Source: the human T2T-CHM13v2.0 reference genome, Homo sapiens. Taken from it: DNA of 64,000 bases. A program made the translations under genes and the position numbers. Below the pieces are notes generated by a model, which was not told the DNA's origin, searched no databases, and worked only from the letters and a program-made list of their open reading frames with translations. Shown here one piece after another: positions 61,101 through 64,000 of this stretch. The DNA lies in assembly GCF_009914755.1 (NCBI RefSeq), contig NC_060930.1; one strand, 5' to 3'. The stretch's first letter is position 1; each line of letters opens with the position of its first letter.

Positions 61101-62109
61101 GCAAATCTATTTATATTCTCCTCATGCTCCACTTTTATAACAACTTTTGCTTGTCTTTTAAAACTCATCTCAAACATTACCTCTTCTGATAAGTTTTCCC
61201 TGACCATTAATTAGTTCACCTCCGTAGTCTGAATTGGAAGTCTTTTATAGATATTTTCATAATATCCCATGCCTTCTTCTGTATTACAGAATTTGTGATA
61301 CTGTTATTGTTTGTTTACTGTTTGATTTCTCCATTATAGTATGCTTGAAAGCTTGTAAAGTGATGTTCATATTTGTATTTTCAATAGCGGAGACAGTATC
61401 TGGTGTATGATAGGTATTATATGTTTTGTTGAATGAATGAATACAAGTTATATTAGTGAAATTTTGTTGTTTTTTTCTGCATAAAGTTTTTATAATTTAT
61501 AAATCATACTGTCAAAATTTTTTTCCTAGAAAACCACTGGTTCAAAAGGTAAAAACCTAAAGGGTAGAATCTAGCTTTTAGTTAATCTCACAGTTGATTC
61601 TGAGAGATAATGATGGATTCTCCTTCCTCCATCTGAGTATGGTAATTGCCAGCTAGAATTTAGATTAACTACTGACACATCTCTTTGAGTCCTTGAAAGT
61701 TGCACAAACTGTACATTCATTTAAGGGCTTTTATTCTCTGTGGATTTCACTCATGACGGGTTGCTAGGCAACCAGCACTAGATGCTACATGTAATGTGCA
61801 CCCACTGCTGTTGCTTTATTATTATTATTATTAAACAAAACGGTTTCTCATTTTATTACCATGTCAGAGACATGTATATGTCGGGTGGCAGCTGATGTGC
61901 ATAGTTTGACACTTCCTGTTCTACAAGGTAACCTTGTTATAACGCCTTTCAAGAATACTGAATTGTTGCTTTTGCTTGTCTAAATGTAATGTTTTTATTT
62001 TATCTTCCTTTTGCTTAGTTCTAAATAGGAAATAATATTATTTGGCTTGAGAGATTTTAATAATAATTTTGTTAGAAAAAAATTGATTTGCATGAACTGT
62101 GTAATTTAA

Positions 62110-62330
62110 ATGTTACCTAGAGGCGGATGGACATTAGGAGGTTGATACCGAGATCATTATTAGGTCTAATTTTGTTTATTGCCTCTAATGAGGAAAGAGG
62201 AATGATGAGTAGCATTTTAATTAAATTTGCCAATAAAACTAATTTGGGAGATAATACAAATACCTGTAAAAATTGAAGTAGCAATACAGAGAAATTCTCA
62301 AGTCATTTTACAGGATTTAGAGACTCAAAG
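62110..62330 (+). mobile_element. Ancient CR1/L3 LINE reverse-transcriptase relic
   Basis: Conceptual translation PRSLLGLILFIASN ... LIKFANKTNLGDNTNT resembles CR1 PQGSVLGPVLFNIFIN ... LIKFADDTKLGGVANT. Confidence 0.65.
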
Positions 62331-62839
62331 AGAATTAAGGTAACACTGACAGTCAAATAATCTAGAATATCGCTTAACAATATATATTATTTTGAGACTG
62401 CAGAAGTGATGTGTCCAAACTGTTTTAGTTGAATCCAATTCTCAAGTACAGAAAAACATCGTGCTTCAATATCTTATGGCAGTACAACTGTGTTTTTAAT
62501 TCATTAGTATTGTCCATTCACTCATTAATTACTTAGTGCCCGTTATGTGCTTAGAATTAAAAGAAAACACACAATCTCTGTTTTCAGGGAGTTGGGTTTG
62601 ATTTCATTTGAGAGATAGGCACTTGAACAAGTTATAAAATTTGTATCATTTTCTATCAGAATTAAATACAATGTACATAATTTTGTTAATTGAACTGTCT
62701 CCCTCGTGGAATTATCTCCTTAAGTAATTGGGCCATAACTTAATTGTTTTGGTTTCCGTGCATTCTAGCACAGTGGCTCACAGTGGGAGCTCAGATTGGA
62801 CTGAAATTTATTCTTTTTTTGTTGTTTTATTCTTAGTCA

Positions 62840-63600
62840 GCTTTCTCAGGCTGAATGGACTGAACTGTAATCTCACTTGAGGGATAATATTGTCATTAAC
62901 TAAGAAGGAGAATAAAGAAAGGAAGACAAGGCAATTAGGGAATGAATATGATTGCTTAGATGGTAATTTCAGTAGTTTCAGACATTTTAAGCTTGAGATA
63001 CCTGTGGGGACCTATGTGGGGGATGTTTAGTGAGCAGTTGAATACAGACCCACAGTTGAAGAGTGAGGTTTACATCAGGGAGACATTTGCTAATCATCAC
63101 TGTGCAGGTCTTGGTTAAAATAAAGGGAACGGTTGAGATCACTCAGGAAGAGAGTATAGAGAGACAAGAAAAGGGTGAAGGGTACTGAATCGAACCCACA
63201 GAATATCAGTGTTTAAATGACTTGTGATGGGCAGTGCGGGAGTTGGGATATGAGAAACCGGTAAAAATACCAGGGAGGAGCCTTGAACAAAAAAGGATAG
63301 TGGTATGATGGGTGCTAATGGTATGGATACAAGTCCAAGTCTTATGAGGATTTGAGGAATAAATAAGAAATGAGGCTGTGGAAATATAGGGAGTAGGCTA
63401 CTCTTGGTAGAGCTTAATTCTGAGGACATGTAAGGAAAAAGGACTGCATCTGTGAGCTTCATGGTTGAAGAAAGTGTTTTATTTTTTCCTTAAGATTGGT
63501 AAGATGAGCATATTTACAGGTTAAGGCAGAAATGAGTAGTATGGGAGTAAGAGGGAATAATTGAAGGGGCAATGTTTTAGGAGGGGTAGAAGGGGATAGG
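62840..63600 (-). mobile_element. L2 relic
   Basis: Degenerate L2 motifs (GACATTTTAAGCTTGAGATACCTG, GAGATCACTCAGGAAGAGAGTATAG). Confidence 0.6.
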
Positions 63601-63762
63601 CCAGGAAATCAAACTGACTGGAGTTTAAAAAGTACTTTCCAATCTAGCTTTTTGGTGCATACTCAGAACAATCCAGTGTGGATGGTAGATGGTTATTTAT
63701 CATAATCCCTATTTTACAGGTTGGTGATGGAGCCTCATGATGTTCTCATTAAGAAAACCTAA

Positions 63763-64000
<238 letters not shown>

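Overview
Human/great-ape genomic DNA, almost entirely intronic and rich in transposable elements. The only host coding sequence I can support is one 68-bp exon on the + strand (58566-58633, [23 protein letters not shown]). It matches PRIM2, the DNA primase large subunit p58, so the window is most likely the 3' part of the very long intron upstream of this exon (probably intron 7 / exon 8) plus about 5.4 kb of the next intron. It could equally come from the known pericentromeric PRIM2 duplicate. Repeats include a near full-length, inactivated L1PA (2819-8965, minus), a 5'-truncated older L1PA with a nested Alu, about 20 Alus, several solo LTRs, a piggyBac-derived MER85, MER33, and L1M/L2/CR1/MIR relics. 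I see no CRISPR array, RNA gene or clearly new coding system; nearly all listed ORFs derive from L1/Alu or are random. The most notable observations are: a perfect p53 response element in a solo ERV1 LTR; an intact CSB-PGBD3 palindrome in MER85; an L1 antisense promoter pointing toward the PRIM2 exon; a fossil templated insertion with patchwork junctions; an RFX X-box motif cluster; and inverted Alus bracketing the frameshifting exon. Repeat subfamily names come from recognition by eye, not a database search.
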